A program made the translations under genes and the position numbers. The notes under the pieces are model-generated. The model was not told the DNA's origin and ran no database searches. It saw only the letters and a list, made by a program, of their open reading frames with translations. DNA of 64,000 nt from an uncultured Acidobacteriota bacterium (GTDB taxonomy: Bacteria; Acidobacteriota; Thermoanaerobaculia; Gp7-AA8): the NCBI GenBank assembly GCA_963822445.1, contig CAWGHO010000001.1:480001-544000 (forward strand), in the 5' to 3' direction. Below are positions 39,054 to 47,810 of the stretch, piece after piece (positions within the stretch are counted from its first letter, which is position 1; each line of letters begins with the position of its first letter).

Positions 39054-39713
39054 TCACGATGCGAGGCGGATCCCCGCCGCTTCGATCTTCTCGTAAACCC
39101 ACTGCGGCAGACAGAGGTCGGTCTTGTCGGTGCGGCAGTTGGAGTGACAGATGATCGTCGCGACCTGGAAGCATCGCGGGAAGTCGTACGTGGTGGACGG
39201 GTAGTAGAAGACGGGCTCGATCTTGTGGCGCTTGCAGATGTCGAGCGTGAGCTCGATCCCCGCGTCGACTTGCGGCTCGTCGAGCTGCGCGAAGAAGTTG
39301 AAGCCGCGCCAGTCGTGCGTGATGAACGGGCCGTTGTAGACGGTGTTCGGCGTGTTCATGCCGAATGCGTACAGGCGATCGCCGTCCAGGTCGAGCGGGC
39401 CTTCGTTCGCGAACTCGATCGCGACCGATTGCTTGTCGTAGGCGCCCTTCGTGCCCTTCAGCCCGAGATGGTAAATCCACCCGGAGTCGTTGAAGGTCTC
39501 GAAGACCGTGCCGTCGCGATCGACGAGCCACGGAGCGCCGACGCGATCCGCGGTGAGGTTCCAGCCGTCGATGGACGTCGTGGCCTTGCCGGGACGTCCG
39601 GAGACGGGCGTGTGCATCGTGCGGCCGGCCGTGCCGTGCCAGACGACGAATTTTTTGGCGGTGAGATCGGGAAAGTATTGGCCTTTCTTGAGCGGGTATT
39701 GCTGGACGTTCAT
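39054..39713 (-). CDS. N-acetylmuramoyl-L-alanine amidase (Amidase_2-like), no signal peptide
   Basis: VVWHGTAG, WLVDRDGTVFE, WIYHLG, SVAIEFAN and ICHSNCRTDKTD; GGAGAG SD. Confidence 0.85.
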   Translation of the reverse strand: MNVQQYPLKKGQYFPDLTAKKFVVWHGTAGRTMHTPVSGRPGKATTSIDGWNLTADRVGAPWLVDRDGTVFETFNDSGWIYHLGLKGTKGAYDKQSVAIEFANEGPLDLDGDRLYAFGMNTPNTVYNGPFITHDWRGFNFFAQLDEPQVDAGIELTLDICKRHKIEPVFYYPSTTYDFPRCFQVATIICHSNCRTDKTDLCLPQWVYEKIEAAGIRLAS

Positions 39714-39762
39714 GGTCTCTCTCCGAAGAGGTGGAGCGCGCGCGAACGCGCGCCCCACCGGG

Positions 39763-40032
39763 TCAACTGCGTGAAGCGTCAGAGATCACGGCCGGCCTTG
39801 AAGTTGCGGCCGGTGTTCTTCCCCTTCGCGGTGCGGATGATCCTGCCCCGCCTTGAAGCTGTGGCGGTTCTGGTTCTCCTCGGTGAGTGACCGCGGCGCG
39901 GCGGCGACGCAGCCGCGAAGACGACGGATAGTTGATCGTCTCCACGACCGTGTATTGCGGCCAGCGGCGCGCGTCACGGGCGCTGATGAAGCGGCCGGAC
40001 GAGGCGCTGCGTGCGACCTTGCGCGTGCTCAT
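39763..40032 (-). CDS. Small basic protein (RSASSGRF type), probably frameshifted, with FKAGxD motifs in alternate frames
   Basis: ATGA-coupled MSTRKVARSASSGRFISARDARRWPQYTVVETI; downstream frames read HSFKAGQD and RNFKAGRDL*. Confidence 0.6.
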   Translation of the reverse strand: MSTRKVARSASSGRFISARDARRWPQYTVVETINYPSSSRLRRRRAAVTHRGEPEPPQLQGGAGSSAPRRGRTPAATSRPAVISDASRS

Positions 40033-40370
40033 TCCTGCTCCGCGAGGTCCTTCCCCGCCTTGAACTGCGCGGTGATCTCGCCGCCGACGGCCGACAGCGA
40101 TTCGAGCGCCTGCGTGAACATGACGATGGCGGCACGCCACGTCGACGGGATGAGCGGGAGCGACGACAGGACGGTGAAGACCGGCCGGATGCCGCGCCAG
40201 ATCTTCAGCACCTTCTGCAGGCGGCCGTTCGGCGTGTCCTGCACGAGGGTGTTCTCCTGCTCCATGTCGACGTTGAGCGCGCGCAGCGTGCGATCGGTCG
40301 AGCGCTTGCTCTTCTCGATCATGGACTTCGACGCTTCGAGGGGATTCAGTTCTTTGGGATTCGTGCTCAT
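40029..40370 (-). CDS. Small protein with an amphipathic helical hairpin and FKAGKDL near the C-terminus
   Basis: Strong AAGGAG SD; KIWRGIRPVFTVLSSLPLIPSTWRAAIVMFTQALESL. Confidence 0.75.
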   Translation of the reverse strand: MSTNPKELNPLEASKSMIEKSKRSTDRTLRALNVDMEQENTLVQDTPNGRLQKVLKIWRGIRPVFTVLSSLPLIPSTWRAAIVMFTQALESLSAVGGEITAQFKAGKDLAEQE

Positions 40371-40429
40371 GTTGATGCCTCTCCTTTCGAGGCAGGTCGG
40401 ATGCTGGTGGATGGGTGAAGAGAAGGCGG

Positions 40430-41588
40430 TCAGCGGGCGGGCCGGCGACGCACGCGCGGCATGCGCGTAGCGACGACGGCGGCGCGCTGGCGCGGCCTTG
40501 GGACGGCGGTGTGTTTGGCGACACACCCGACGACGGCCGGGAACAGGCCCACGTCCGACCAGGCGTCGGCGACGACACGCTGGATCGACGCGCCGTGGCC
40601 GTAAAGCTCGCCGGCGATGTCGACGGTGGCCTGCACGAAGTCCGCGAAGTCAGCCTCGGGCCGGAGCCGTTCGGTGAGCGCGGCGTACCAGATGCGCCCC
40701 AGCACGTTCCCACGTGTCGCCGCCGAGAGTCATCGCGGCGATGTAGAACGCGTGGTTGAGAATGCCGGAGTTGATGTGGACGCCGCCGTTGTCTTCCGTC
40801 GTTTCGACGTAGTCGCGCATGTGCGACGGTTGCGGGTCTTTGCCGAGGACGGGATCGTCGTAGGCAGTGCCCGGAAACGCCATGGACCGCACGGCTACGC
40901 CGTTTACGGCAGGGCCGAAAATCTCCGCGCCGATGAGCCAATCGGACTCGCTTGCGGACTGGCCGAGCAACCACTGCTTGACCATGATCCCGAACGCGTC
41001 GGAAAGGTGCTCGTTGAGCGCACCGGTCTGACCGTGATAGCCGAGAGCCGCGGCGAACTGCGTGAGGCCGTGCGTCAGCTCATGGGCGATCACATCGACG
41101 GATGCGGTGAAGCGCTTGAAGATTCGTCCGTCCGCGTGGCCGTAGACCATCTGGCGGCCGTTCCAGAGCGCGTTCTCGAAGGACGTGCCGTAGTGCACGG
41201 TGGAATCGAGACGCATTCCGCTGCCGTCGATGGAGGAACGCTGAAAGACGCTTGCGAAAAAATCGTACGTCGAGCCGCTCCCGTCGTAAGCCTCGTTGAC
41301 TTCGACGTCCTTGCCGCGCGTCTTGTGCTCGCTCATGACGAGCTTCCCGGGCAGGCGAAGGGTGTGGTTCGCGGAGTAGACGTTCCGCCGTTTTTTCGGA
41401 GTGGTGAGCGTGGCGGCAACCGCGCTCGGTCGTTCGAGGAGCGTTGCGGCGCGACCCGTGGCCAGCTCGCGCATGTGCTCGAGCGTGGCGCGGGCGGTGC
41501 CGCTTGCTTCAGAGGATGTGTGCTCGGCAACCCGCGTCAGGATGTGAGGCGGGATGACGCCGCATATGTACTGCGGTATGTTTCCCAT
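40430..41588 (-). CDS. Protealysin-like M4 metalloprotease with a 1-nt frameshift near 40,705
   Basis: IPPHIL propeptide, NALWNG, HELTHG, GALNEHLSD and DNGGVHINSG; the C-terminus GRIWYAALT...AWSDVG is in another frame. Confidence 0.9.
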
Positions 41589-41669
41589 GACACTGCTGCT
41601 CCTTTGGTCCTAGCAGACGGAGGGGCGTTCGTGTCCGGCCCGAGCCGCGTGCCGCGCGGCTCGGAGTCG

Positions 41670-42306
41670 TCACGAATCCCGCATCTCCTTCCGACTCGGA
41701 AGCAGGCGCGGCGTGGGAACGCCGATGCCGGGAGTCGCGGTGGTCTTACGCAACGCGAGAGGCGTTTTCGGACGGCCGCGGCGGCCGAGATCGCGCTTCA
41801 TGTTCGCGACGAGCGACGCGATGGTGGCGCTGTTCGGATCGCGAGCGAGGCCTTTCGCCACGTCGTACGTCAGCAGCGAGTCGGTGGCGAGTTTCGCCTT
41901 GCGCGAATCCATCGTGTACTTCAGGTTCTTCGCGAAGGCGTCCACCTTGTCGCGGACGGGACGGAAGGCTTCGAGGAACTGGATGGTGTCACGGGCGGCG
42001 TTCACGTCGAGCTTGTTGATCGCCTGAAGCTCCGGAACCTGTTCGACGGCCGCGGTGACGGTGGCCAGGAACTCGTTCGGAACGTTGAGGCGGGAGCGCA
42101 CGAGATTCGCGGTGGAGACGTGGATCGCTTCCAGCTTCGGAATGATCTGCGCAATCTCGTCGAGCGCGGACATGAACTCTGCGGCGACTTGCTGGTAATG
42201 CGTGATCGTCGGGGTCGGGAGTCTCGACGGTCGGTGCTGCGGTGGTGCCATCGGTCGCTGTTGCTGCTCCGGTGGCGTTTGCGGTGGTGGCTTTCGTTGT
42301 AGCCAT
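41670..42306 (-). CDS. Helical-bundle hypothetical protein, probable frameshift near 42,215
   Basis: MATTKATTANA...PTVETP joins TPTITHYQQVAAEF...MKRDLGRRGRPK if one C of a C-run is removed. Confidence 0.65.
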
Positions 42307-42579
42307 ACACCCACACATTTCCTTCCCATCGCAACCGAACGCTACGCGCGGGCGGCGCGATGAATTCGCGTTACCGGCCACGTTTCGGCCGAAGCGTGGC
42401 GGGCGATCGTTGCTGCAGCAACTTGGTGAAGCGGTCTGGACCTGTCACTAAGATACGTGACGTTCGTCAAAGTCAGTTCGTTACCAAATTGTAACGACGC
42501 CTAGTTATTTGTCCCCCGCGTTGATTCTTAAAGACTTATGTTTTAGGCCGTTTATCCGCCTTTTTATGGTGTTTCAGCA

Positions 42580-42620
42580 TAGTCAATTCTGAGAAGTCAG
42601 TTGGCATCAAAACTGAGAAG
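42580..42620. promoter_or_regulatory. Paired operator TCA-N4-TGAGAAG, 24-bp spacing, in an AT-rich promoter region
   Basis: TAGTCA-ATTC-TGAGAAG (42580) and GCATCA-AAAC-TGAGAAG (42604); same architecture as 17899-17939. Confidence 0.65.
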
Positions 42621-43083
42621 TTTCCGCCCGATCTCGGAAACTCTGGCGCATGGCACGCCGATGGCGGATGGTAGGGAAACGTGCCGGAATGACACCCCTA
42701 CAGGGTAGGGAGAGTTGTGCGTCGCATCCGGCCCCCGGCCTGGTAGATCGGCGCGACCGCCGCGCAGCGCGCCGGTCACGACGATCGGGGTGGGCGGCGT
42801 ACTCTCAGGGCGGCGGGATCTCTCGGGGGTGGTGAGCCCGGCGCGGCCGTTGCGCAGGCAGCGGACGTGACGGGCGGGGGTGGCGCGGCAGAATCTACGA
42901 GCGGTGGAGTCCCCCGGAGGGACGGGCGGCGCGGCGAGGCCGGCGCGAAGCGGCGGACGCGACGCGCGGGGGGCGCGCGGCCGCATCTACCAGGCGTAGA
43001 GCGCCTCGAGCGCTGGCGGTTTACCCCTCCTCTGCTGGGCCGATCGCCCGCGACCAGGAACGATCGCCGGCGCGAGCTCGCGG

Positions 43084-43300
43084 AAGTGAACCGCGGGCAC
43101 TTTCAAATGCGGAGCGATCAAAAACACGCGACCCGCGGTCACTTAAAAGTGAGCGCGGCGCACGTTCAACTGTCCTCAAGTTGAGATCAAAGTGAGGCGC
43201 GGTCACTTTCACTGTCCTCCAGACGAGAAGCAAGTGACCGGCGATCACTTTCACATGCCCGCGCGTCGAGTGAAAGTGACGCGCGGGCACTTAAAAGCGA
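43084..43300. repeat. ~21-bp tandem array with palindromic AAGTGA-N7-TCACTT units
   Basis: GTGAACCGCGGGCACTTTCAA, GCGACCCGCGGTCACTTAAAA, GTGAGGCGCGGTCACTTTCAC, GTGACCGGCGATCACTTTCAC and GTGACGCGCGGGCACTTAAAA. Confidence 0.8.
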
Positions 43301-43311
43301 AACGCGCGACG

Positions 43312-43911
43312 TCACCGCGTCTTGCGGCGAGGATGCGCACCGGACGGCGGCGACGTGACGGCCGGCGACGCGGCGCGAGCAGCCTTCGCGCGGCGCCAGC
43401 TCCGGAAGCGGCGAGCGAAACGGCGATCCCGCTCCGCGTACGCGAGCAGCGCCCGAATGAACGGCGACGTCCAGCCGTCGTACGCGAGCGAGAGAGTGGC
43501 CACGAATTCGCGCTCGCGTGACGTCTCTTCCTCGCGGTCGAGAGCACGCACCGCGAGGACGGTGCTCAGCACGGCGTTGACGTCGAAGGAATCGCGCCGC
43601 CAGCGCCGCACCGGGTGATTCTGGGTCCCGATCGGATCGGGCTTACCGAGCAGCGGAGGAACGGCGCACTTGCTGGCGCGCCAAGTGCGGAAGCGGCGGG
43701 CGACGCGCTGGGCGCGTTCCATGTACACCACGGCTGCAATGATGAAGATCGAAGCCGAATGACGGCGGCCGTCCGTGAGTGCTTCGTGCACGAAGCTGGT
43801 GAACACGTCGTGCATGCGGGCGTCCGCCTTCGCGAGATCGCGCAACGCGAGGCCGGCGTTGATGATCAACGCGACGTCGATCGACTCCGCGGCATTGCGG
43901 TAATGCCTCAT
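43312..43911 (-). CDS. Hypothetical protein made of two internal repeats
   Basis: SIDVA..LALRDL..DG..FI..YMER..VARRFRTWR recurs as SFDVN..LAVRAL..DG..FI..YAER..FARRFRSWR; ATGA-coupled. Confidence 0.7.
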   Translation of the reverse strand: MRHYRNAAESIDVALIINAGLALRDLAKADARMHDVFTSFVHEALTDGRRHSASIFIIAAVVYMERAQRVARRFRTWRASKCAVPPLLGKPDPIGTQNHPVRRWRRDSFDVNAVLSTVLAVRALDREEETSREREFVATLSLAYDGWTSPFIRALLAYAERDRRFARRFRSWRRAKAARAASPAVTSPPSGAHPRRKTR

Positions 43912-45047
43912 GCGCGCCTCACCACACGCTGCGCGGCGACGGCGGCAGCGGATGCGGAGACGCGTTGCCTCCGGCCGACGCGCGCGGCCACCACTTGCGC
44001 GACGGTGCCCGGCTGCTCAGCCGGAGACTGCGCCGCCTTCTCTGCCTGCGCGGGATCTTTGACGGTGATGACGAGGCAACCTTGCGACGCTTTGATGTAG
44101 ATGCGCGTGCGCGTCTTGAACCCGAACGACGCGAGCCAATGACCGCGCAGCCGCAGGAAAGGCACGAAGCGCTGATAGCCGAGTTCAAAGTAGCTGAGCG
44201 TCGCTTCGCGGATGCCATCGGGACGGTTGCGCCGCGCGGGCGCCGGCGACGTCTGCAGCGGTTCACCCGAGCGACGGCGCGCGCCGAGACGCCGACGACG
44301 TTTCGCCGGCGACTCGGGAACGTAGGGCATCAGCGGAGGCAACGGAGCAGCCGGAACAGCGACGCCCGGCGCGACGCCGGGCGATGCGCTGCCGTGGTCA
44401 CGGATCACCGAAGGTGCGGCAGCGACCTCCCGCATGGGCGGCGGCCGATCACAACCGCGAGAAGGCGGCGTTGCGGCAAGAGCGGGCGGCGGGATGAGGG
44501 CACAGGTGCGCGCGCTGCGGCCGCCCACTCGGGCAGCGCGCGCAACATGAACGCTGACAGGATCGGCGGCAGCGGTGTGCTTCGCCTCCCCCATGAACGA
44601 GGCAGCATCGTTGAACACGGGCACGTTGGCGACCAGCTCCGTGATGTGCTGCGCGGCGTAGTCGTCCAGGATGCGACCGAGCACCGTTTCTTTCGACTCG
44701 TTCCCCTTCTTGGCGAAGTACTCGAGCATCGCATCCGCGTACTCGTGGACCGGGACGATCAGCGGGCGGACGAGCAGACCGGGAGGAAAGACGTTGACCA
44801 CGTTCGGTCCTAGCGCTTCCTGAATGACCGAAAACGGCCATTGATGCGTGGCCTTTTCGATCAGTTCTGCGCGCGAGATCCGCGCGTCTTCTGCCGTGGG
44901 ATCGAGCTCGATATCGCCCCACTTGATGGCCTTGTCCATTTCGTCGAGCGTCCAGCCGAGCAGTTCCGCCGCGTGATCGGGCGTGACGGGCTGGCCGTCG
45001 TGTAGGAAGATGGCGCAGATGGATTTGACGAGGTCTGAATTCAGCAT
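43908..45047 (-). CDS. Multi-domain protein: excisionase-like HTH / RHH-like segment / linker / SymE-like domain
   Basis: TPDHAAELLGWTLDEMDKAIKWGDI; PVHEYADAMLEYFAKKGNESKETVLGRILDDY; VPFLRLRGHWLASFGFKTRTRIYI; GGAGG SD. Confidence 0.65.
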   Translation of the reverse strand: MLNSDLVKSICAIFLHDGQPVTPDHAAELLGWTLDEMDKAIKWGDIELDPTAEDARISRAELIEKATHQWPFSVIQEALGPNVVNVFPPGLLVRPLIVPVHEYADAMLEYFAKKGNESKETVLGRILDDYAAQHITELVANVPVFNDAASFMGEAKHTAAADPVSVHVARAARVGGRSARTCALIPPPALAATPPSRGCDRPPPMREVAAAPSVIRDHGSASPGVAPGVAVPAAPLPPLMPYVPESPAKRRRRLGARRRSGEPLQTSPAPARRNRPDGIREATLSYFELGYQRFVPFLRLRGHWLASFGFKTRTRIYIKASQGCLVITVKDPAQAEKAAQSPAEQPGTVAQVVAARVGRRQRVSASAAAVAAQRVVRRA

Positions 45048-45064
45048 GATTCTGCCCTCCTGCT

Positions 45065-45082
45065 TATACAAAGTATTGTATA
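45065..45082. promoter_or_regulatory. Palindromic operator between divergent genes
   Basis: TATACAA-AGTA-TTGTATA. Confidence 0.65.
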
Positions 45083-45118
45083 CGCGGAGCGCGTCAGAAT
45101 CAACGCTAACGGCGGCCG

Positions 45119-45373
45119 ATGACTGAGCCGCTGAACGTCGGTAAGGTCTTCGGCGAGCGGCTGCGCGAGTTGCGCCTGAAGCGCAAGCTGACGCAGACAG
45201 AAGTAGCGCAGCGGTCGGGCCTGCTGCAGCATCACATCAGCCAGTTGGAGAACGGCGTGGGTATGCCGACGCTCGCAACGATGCTCAAGCTCGCGGCTGC
45301 GATCGGCTGCAAACCCACCGAGTTGCTCGCGCCGTTCAACGGGATAGACCTCGCAACGCTGCTCGACCAGTGA
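45119..45373 (+). CDS. XRE-family HTH regulator
   Basis: FGERLRELRLKRKLTQTEVAQRSGL...ISQLENGVGMPTL. Confidence 0.92.
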   Translation: MTEPLNVGKVFGERLRELRLKRKLTQTEVAQRSGLLQHHISQLENGVGMPTLATMLKLAAAIGCKPTELLAPFNGIDLATLLDQ

Positions 45374-45419
45374 CGCGGCAATCGCGCGGAAACGCGCGCG
45401 GAGGCATCCAAAAATCGAA

Positions 45420-45504
45420 TGTTCCACGGCTCAAGGGGTGTGTTCCACGCACAAGAAAGTGTGCACCTTGCGAGTCGACCGAAACTCGCAAGGTGACTCG
45501 CAAG
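45420..45504 (+). promoter_or_regulatory. Putative integrase arm and accessory binding sites (right)
   Basis: TGTTCCACG at 45420 and 45441; inverted CCTTGCGAGTC at 45466; ACTCGCAAG at 45484 and 45496. Confidence 0.75.
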
Positions 45505-45591
45505 GTCGCTGTTCCGCGCCCGCAAGTCACTCGGTTTCAGTGAGTTATCCCACGGCTCGTAGATCGACTCCTCTCTATGTACCCACGACCT

Positions 45592-45642
45592 CCGGCCTGT
45601 CACGCCGGAGGTCGCGGGTTCGAGTCCCGTCGGCCCCGCCAA
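45592..45642 (+). repeat. Right att core (duplicated 3' part of tRNA-Asp)
   Basis: 50/51 match to 15430-15480 (C/T difference in the T arm); lacks the 5' acceptor strand and D arm. Confidence 0.95.
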
Positions 45643-45658
45643 ATATCGAATGTGAGTG

Positions 45659-45683
45659 AACGCCGCCGAAAGGCGGCGTTTTG
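45659..45683 (+). terminator. Rho-independent terminator (probably the displaced original tRNA terminator)
   Basis: AACGCCGCC-GAAA-GGCGGCGTTTT. Confidence 0.8.
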
Positions 45684-45723
45684 CGTTATCCACGCGTCCG
45701 CCCACGCCGGGCGCAAACGCGTT

Positions 45724-46359
45724 TCACCGCCTAAACGCCAGCACCTCCGCTTGATACGTCTCGACGACCTCTGAAAATGCAACATGGTCCGCCGTGTAAA
45801 GAACAGCGCGGTGCTGGAAGACCTCGTTGGGAATCGCAAGCATCTGCCGGCGATTTGGGCGGAATCGCGATCGCGGCTGCTGCTCCCAACCGTGCGGTAG
45901 CGGGGTCCAGAGCATCGTCGCGGCGATCGTGCGTCGATAGGGTGCGAGCGCTTGGACCGCTTTGCCGAACGGAGTATCGGTCGTGGTCAAGAGCGCGTTC
46001 ATCTCCGGCGTCAGCCGGGCCGGCACGTACCAGTTGTCGGCCACGGACAGGACGTGCGCGCCGCAGCGCAGCTCGACGCGGCGGTACTGCAGTGCCGAAG
46101 CGTCGCGAACGCCGAGCCGCTGCAACTGTTCGGCGGACGGCTCCTTGCGGACGTCAGGCACTCGAATCGCGACGATCTTCGGATCCTCCGCCATGCGGTG
46201 TTCGCCGCACCACGCCTCCAACGTCCGCGTTGCGCTCGAACTGGCGAGAATCTCGCCGTTGAGCGTTTGCAGCAGAGCGAGGATCTCCAGTCGCGATTCA
46301 TACGTATCGCGCCACGCAATCGAGAAGAAGAGAGCGATGATCAGCGCCGCACGTTTCAT
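45724..46359 (-). CDS. Exported hypothetical protein, chorismate-lyase/UTRA-like fold
   Basis: Hydrophobic N-terminus; SATRTLE, YRRVELRCG..LSVADNWY, TDTPFG and FSEVVETY. Confidence 0.6.
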   Translation of the reverse strand: MKRAALIIALFFSIAWRDTYESRLEILALLQTLNGEILASSSATRTLEAWCGEHRMAEDPKIVAIRVPDVRKEPSAEQLQRLGVRDASALQYRRVELRCGAHVLSVADNWYVPARLTPEMNALLTTTDTPFGKAVQALAPYRRTIAATMLWTPLPHGWEQQPRSRFRPNRRQMLAIPNEVFQHRAVLYTADHVAFSEVVETYQAEVLAFRR

Positions 46360-46382
46360 GGCGGCATGGTACGGCGAGGCTG

Positions 46383-47159
46383 TTACCGCCCGAACTGCAC
46401 GGACCTTCGCGTCAACGATCCCATCCACCATCCGTCGATCGGAAACTGCACGCGCTCCCCTTCCGCGGCTGCGCCGAGGGAGACCAGGAGGGGGATGAAG
46501 TGCTCGCGGGTGGGGAGGGCGATGTTCGCGCCGGGACCCTTCCGCTGGTAGTCGAGCAGCGCGTCGACGTCCTTGCGTACCAGCGCGTCCGCGGTCCACG
46601 CGTCGAAGTCCGTGGCCCACGCCGGTGGCGGAGTCGCGCCGTGCCAGTCGAGCGTGCGCAGGTTGTGCGTGATGAAACCGCTTCCGATGATAAGCACGCC
46701 CGCGTCGCGCAACGGTTGTAGAGCGCGGCCAAAGGCGAAGAGCTCCTGCGGGTTCTCACTCGGAAGCGAGACCTGCAGAACAGGCACGTCCGCGTTCGGA
46801 TACATCGCCACGAGCGGCACGTACGCGCCGTGATCGAGTCCGCGATCCGGATGCTCGGCAATCGGCTGTCCCTCGAGAAGACCGCGCACCATCTTCGCGA
46901 GCTCCGGTGCGCCCGGCGCCGGGTACTTCTGTTCGTAGTGGTGCGGCAGGAAGCCGTGAAAGTCGTAGATCAGAGGAATGGTGCGCGTCGCGCCGATCGT
47001 GATGGGACGTTCCTCCCAATGGGCGGAGAGCATGAGGATCGCCTGCGGCCTCGGAAGCGCGGCGGCCCAGGAGCCGAGCTCCTCGACCCAGTTCGGATCG
47101 TCGAGCAGCGGCGGCGCGCCGTGCGCCAGAAAAATCGAAGGAAGGCGATCCTCATTCAT
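46383..47159 (-). CDS. DODA/YgiD-type class III extradiol dioxygenase
   Basis: FLAHGAP, SAHW, IYDFHGF, RGLDHGAYVPL, GSGFITHNL and EHFIPL. Confidence 0.92.
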   Translation of the reverse strand: MNEDRLPSIFLAHGAPPLLDDPNWVEELGSWAAALPRPQAILMLSAHWEERPITIGATRTIPLIYDFHGFLPHHYEQKYPAPGAPELAKMVRGLLEGQPIAEHPDRGLDHGAYVPLVAMYPNADVPVLQVSLPSENPQELFAFGRALQPLRDAGVLIIGSGFITHNLRTLDWHGATPPPAWATDFDAWTADALVRKDVDALLDYQRKGPGANIALPTREHFIPLLVSLGAAAEGERVQFPIDGWWMGSLTRRSVQFGR

Positions 47160-47162
47160 TGA

Positions 47163-47720
47163 TCAGGCTCCGACGAGGGCAACTTTGACAGCCTGCACCT
47201 CGATCTCGATTCGCACTTCATTGGCAACCAGGATTCCGCCCGTCTCCAACGCCTGATTCCACTTCAGGCCCCACTCGCGGCGGTCGATGGTAGTCGTCGC
47301 GCGAGCACCGCCGCGCGTTCCGCCCCACGGATCCTTGCCGGTCCCCTCGTACACCGCGTCGAGCGTCACTTCCATGGTCGTGCCACGGATGGTGAGGTCG
47401 CCGACGATCTTGAACTTGTCGCCTTCCTTCTTCATCGCCCCTTCCACGCGCTTGCTGCGGAACGTCAGCACCGGATGAGTCTCGACGTCGAGAAAGTCAG
47501 CCGAGCGCAGATGAGTGTCGCGATCGGCGGCGCCGGTATCGATGCTGGCCGCGCCGATCTCGACGTTGACCGTCGAGCGGTCCGGATTCTGTTCGTCGAT
47601 TTCGATCGTCCCCTTCACGTCCTTGAAACGCCCGCGGACGGTGGTGAACATCATGTGCTTGACCGCAAATTCGACCGAAGAGTGGGCAGGGTCGATCTGC
47701 CAGGAAATGGTGTTGGTCAT
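47163..47720 (-). CDS. YceI family protein
   Basis: WQIDPAHSSVEFAVKHMM, RDTHLRSADF and GDLTIRG. Confidence 0.93.
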   Translation of the reverse strand: MTNTISWQIDPAHSSVEFAVKHMMFTTVRGRFKDVKGTIEIDEQNPDRSTVNVEIGAASIDTGAADRDTHLRSADFLDVETHPVLTFRSKRVEGAMKKEGDKFKIVGDLTIRGTTMEVTLDAVYEGTGKDPWGGTRGGARATTTIDRREWGLKWNQALETGGILVANEVRIEIEVQAVKVALVGA

Positions 47721-47762
47721 CGGTGCTTCTCCTTTTCGTCCATTCAGAACTACCGGTCTCAC

Positions 47763-47790
47763 GACGATATTCCTCATCACAAATATCGTC
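47763..47790. promoter_or_regulatory. Putative MarR operator
   Basis: GACGATATT-N10-AATATCGTC between the divergent yceI and marR genes. Confidence 0.65.
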
Positions 47791-47810
47791 TAAAGGCGTA
47801 TAGTCGGGAC

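Noticed and set aside
45592-45642. Second tRNA-Asp gene
   Set aside because: It lacks the 5' acceptor strand and D arm; it is the att duplication.
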